A DNA stretch of 24,444 nucleotides from positions 1 through 24,444 of the forward strand of contig JAQGDQ010001815.1 in the NCBI GenBank assembly GCA_030141605.1, in the 5' to 3' direction. The notes under the pieces are model-generated. The model saw only the letters and a program-made list of their open reading frames with translations. It was not told the origin of the DNA and ran no database searches. The position numbers and the translations under genes were made by a program. The DNA comes from Tubiluchus corallicola (lineage: Eukaryota; Animalia; Priapulida). Position 1 is the stretch's first letter; every line of letters begins with the position of its first letter. Positions 22,435 to 24,444 of the stretch are shown here, piece after piece.

Positions 22435-22628
22435 TGTGCTAAAACAATGCATTTTTGTCAGTGTGCAACACGTATATTTTGCTCTCGATTAACTGACTTA
22501 CTGTCCAAGCGCCGATTATATCGATTTATACGTGGTTGTAATCTCAATTAATTATTTTAATTGATTAATCGCCCATCACGAAATACGTATCATGCGCTAA
22601 TCAATACAGACTTGTGCACACGCAAGAA

Positions 22629-22833
22629 CTACATCCAACTCTCCCAGCCGACCCAAACTCGGCCGAGGACGTTTGGATCCGTGGCCTGATCCAGCAAGCA
22701 CGCAACCTGTGTCTCAACGCTTAGTCCGTCCTCGGGTTCCTGTGCACGGATGTTGCTATGGCGATCACCCATGCAAACGGAACACATCTGCTGGAAAGCA
22801 AAATGCCTCCTGTGCCCTAGGGAAAGTTCCGAC
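22629..22833 (-). CDS. PRKDC: DNA-PKcs terminal exon 26 (FATC domain + stop), on the opposite strand
   Basis: Reverse complement: tttttgcAG|g then [70 protein letters not shown]. Matches human [41 protein letters not shown]. Phase 2 start. Absent from the ORF track. Confidence 0.97.
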
Positions 22834-23626
22834 CTGCAAAAATGACCTTATTAAAAAGAACTTCAAAGTACTACAAACCACAATTAAAAATAAATTAAAA
22901 AGGTATATTTAACATCAATGTAGGAACAGGGTCTTAAAGAAGAATAGATAGCTAAAAAACAATAGCAAAGTGGTTTAGTGTGCACTTAGCAACTAGTTAA
23001 GCAGTGCTAAGTCTGGCTAGTAAATGAGTGGGTGACTGTTAAGAAAAGTGCTTTTGGCAGTTTCACTTTCTATACTGGTACAGCCATTACACCTCATTGG
23101 GAATCTTCATCTAGTCTCTATGTACATCTAACATGTTTGAGGCGCCTCTGCCGGTTCAGTATTTCAACCTAAATTTATTTTTGGTAATTATCTAGGTTTT
23201 GGTTCTGCCACAATCACATCTGCATCGAGTAACCCTTGCACCAAATGATGACTTCAGACTTATAAAGTGTCAAACTGTATTAAAAAAGGCAATGAATTCA
23301 ATTTTTATGTCCGATACATCATCGTTAACATTTTCGGCTCGCAACTAAAAGACAGTGATGCCAATTAATGATTATGGTACCTCAGTGAAAGAAGATTAGT
23401 TCTGTAAGTCCACAATAGGAATGAAGTGCCGTCATTAGATTCTACGAAGTAACATCATTTCTTTTGGTGATACAAAATTAAATGGGGGAGGAGACAAATT
23501 CTGAAGATGAGATGGAAAAGTAACCAAATGTTCTAGGAATGTAGCATGACAATTGAAATGTCTGTCAAAATGCCAAAGCACACGGCCTGACCACATAGAA
23601 TACTCTTCCAGGAAACAAACACCTAC

Positions 23627-23717
23627 TTAGTAATGTGAGCCGGATTTGCTCCCAACAGCTTCTTCTTTGCAACGGAAATCTTCTGTTTGGGGTACCAGTT
23701 CGTGTCTGCGTCATCTT
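23627..23717 (-). CDS. PRKDC: DNA-PKcs exon 25, on the opposite strand: (E)[29 protein letters not shown](K)
   Basis: Reverse complement: ctttcAG|aagatgac...attactaa|GTaggt. Matches human [24 protein letters not shown]. Phase 1 start fits exon 24; phase 2 end fits exon 26. Confidence 0.96.
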
Positions 23718-23925
23718 CTGAAAGAATGCAAATGAGTTATTGTGCGAAGTTAAGAACATGCAACAATGAAGTGACAATGGACATATTATTGACTAAAAAG
23801 TATGGCTGCCTATAATACCAATCAATCAATCATCTTGGACAAATGTCATCAATTTTTTTTTAAATTTAAAAGACACAAAGTCCCAGATAGGAGTGTACAA
23901 TAAGATGATACTCTTCCAGGGATTG

Positions 23926-24444
23926 ACACACATTAAATACACATTAACTTACATTAAATACACATTAACTTACGTTAAATACACATTAGCTTACATTAAA
24001 TACACATTAACTTACATTAAATACCCATTGACTTACGCTAAATACACATTGACTTATGCTAAATACACATAAACTTACATTAAATAAACATTAACTTACA
24101 TTAAATACACATTAGCTTACATTAAATACATAATAACTTACATTAAATACACATTAACTTACATTAAATACACACTAACTTACATTAAATACACACTAAC
24201 TTCCATTAAATACACATTAACTTACATTAAATACACACTAACTTACATTAAATACACATTAACTTAGATTAAATACACATTAACTTACATTAAATACACA
24301 CTAACTTACATTAAATACACACTAACTTAGATTAAATACACACTAACTTAGATTAAATACACATTAACTTACATTAAATACACACTAACTTACATTAAAT
24401 ACACATTAACTTAGATTAAATACACACTAACTTAGGTTAAATAC
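23926..24444 (-). repeat. 21-bp satellite array, 24+ copies, reverse complement of 22116-22279 (right arm, runs off window)
   Basis: Unit cattaaatacaca(t/c)taactta. More degenerate at about 23970-24140, more uniform distally. Confidence 0.97.

Noticed and set aside
22510-22582. hAT-like terminus (gattaatcgcccatcac) in the putative 3' UTR; similar gattaatcgatt motif near 11900
   Set aside because: No convincing partner TIR or TSD in the window.
22673-22912. + strand 79-aa ORF as a new gene or as the PRKDC terminal exon
   Set aside because: Antisense shadow of the minus-strand FATC exon, with no recognisable homology.
22629-23717. 3' end of a separate convergent PIKK gene (ATM, ATR, mTOR, SMG1)
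   Set aside because: The peptides are specifically DNA-PKcs-like and resume exactly where exon 24 stops, in the matching phase. A convergent PRKDC duplicate beyond the window edge cannot be fully excluded, but the + copy would then still lack its own end.
23565-23777. Minus-strand 70-aa ORF from the track
   Set aside because: Wrong frame. The DNA-PKcs-like frame (NWYPKQK...) is a different one bounded by splice sites at 23717 and 23627.

Overview
AT-rich eukaryotic (probably invertebrate animal) genomic DNA holding the 3' part of a PRKDC / DNA-PKcs gene. I reconstructed 26 coding exons by hand. They total 3993 nt (1330 aa + stop), all intron phases join, and they cover the FAT, FRB-like, PI3K-like kinase and FATC regions. 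Exons 1-24 (1179-20942, numbered within this window) are on the + strand. The last two exons (23627-23717 and 22629-22833, ending in the FATC motif ...[11 protein letters not shown]), their intron and a candidate polyA signal are on the MINUS strand. They sit in a ~1.65 kb block bounded by two mutually inverted arrays of one 21-bp satellite (22116-22279 and 23926-window end). Flipping that block restores a normal colinear gene. This is either an assembly mis-orientation, a real or switchable inversion, or a trans-spliced arrangement; the sequence alone cannot decide. Other oddities: two minisatellites that amplify an exon end plus its splice donor, a GC-AG intron, several intronic MITEs and a LINE relic. 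Homology statements rest on my recall of human DNA-PKcs, not on a database search.
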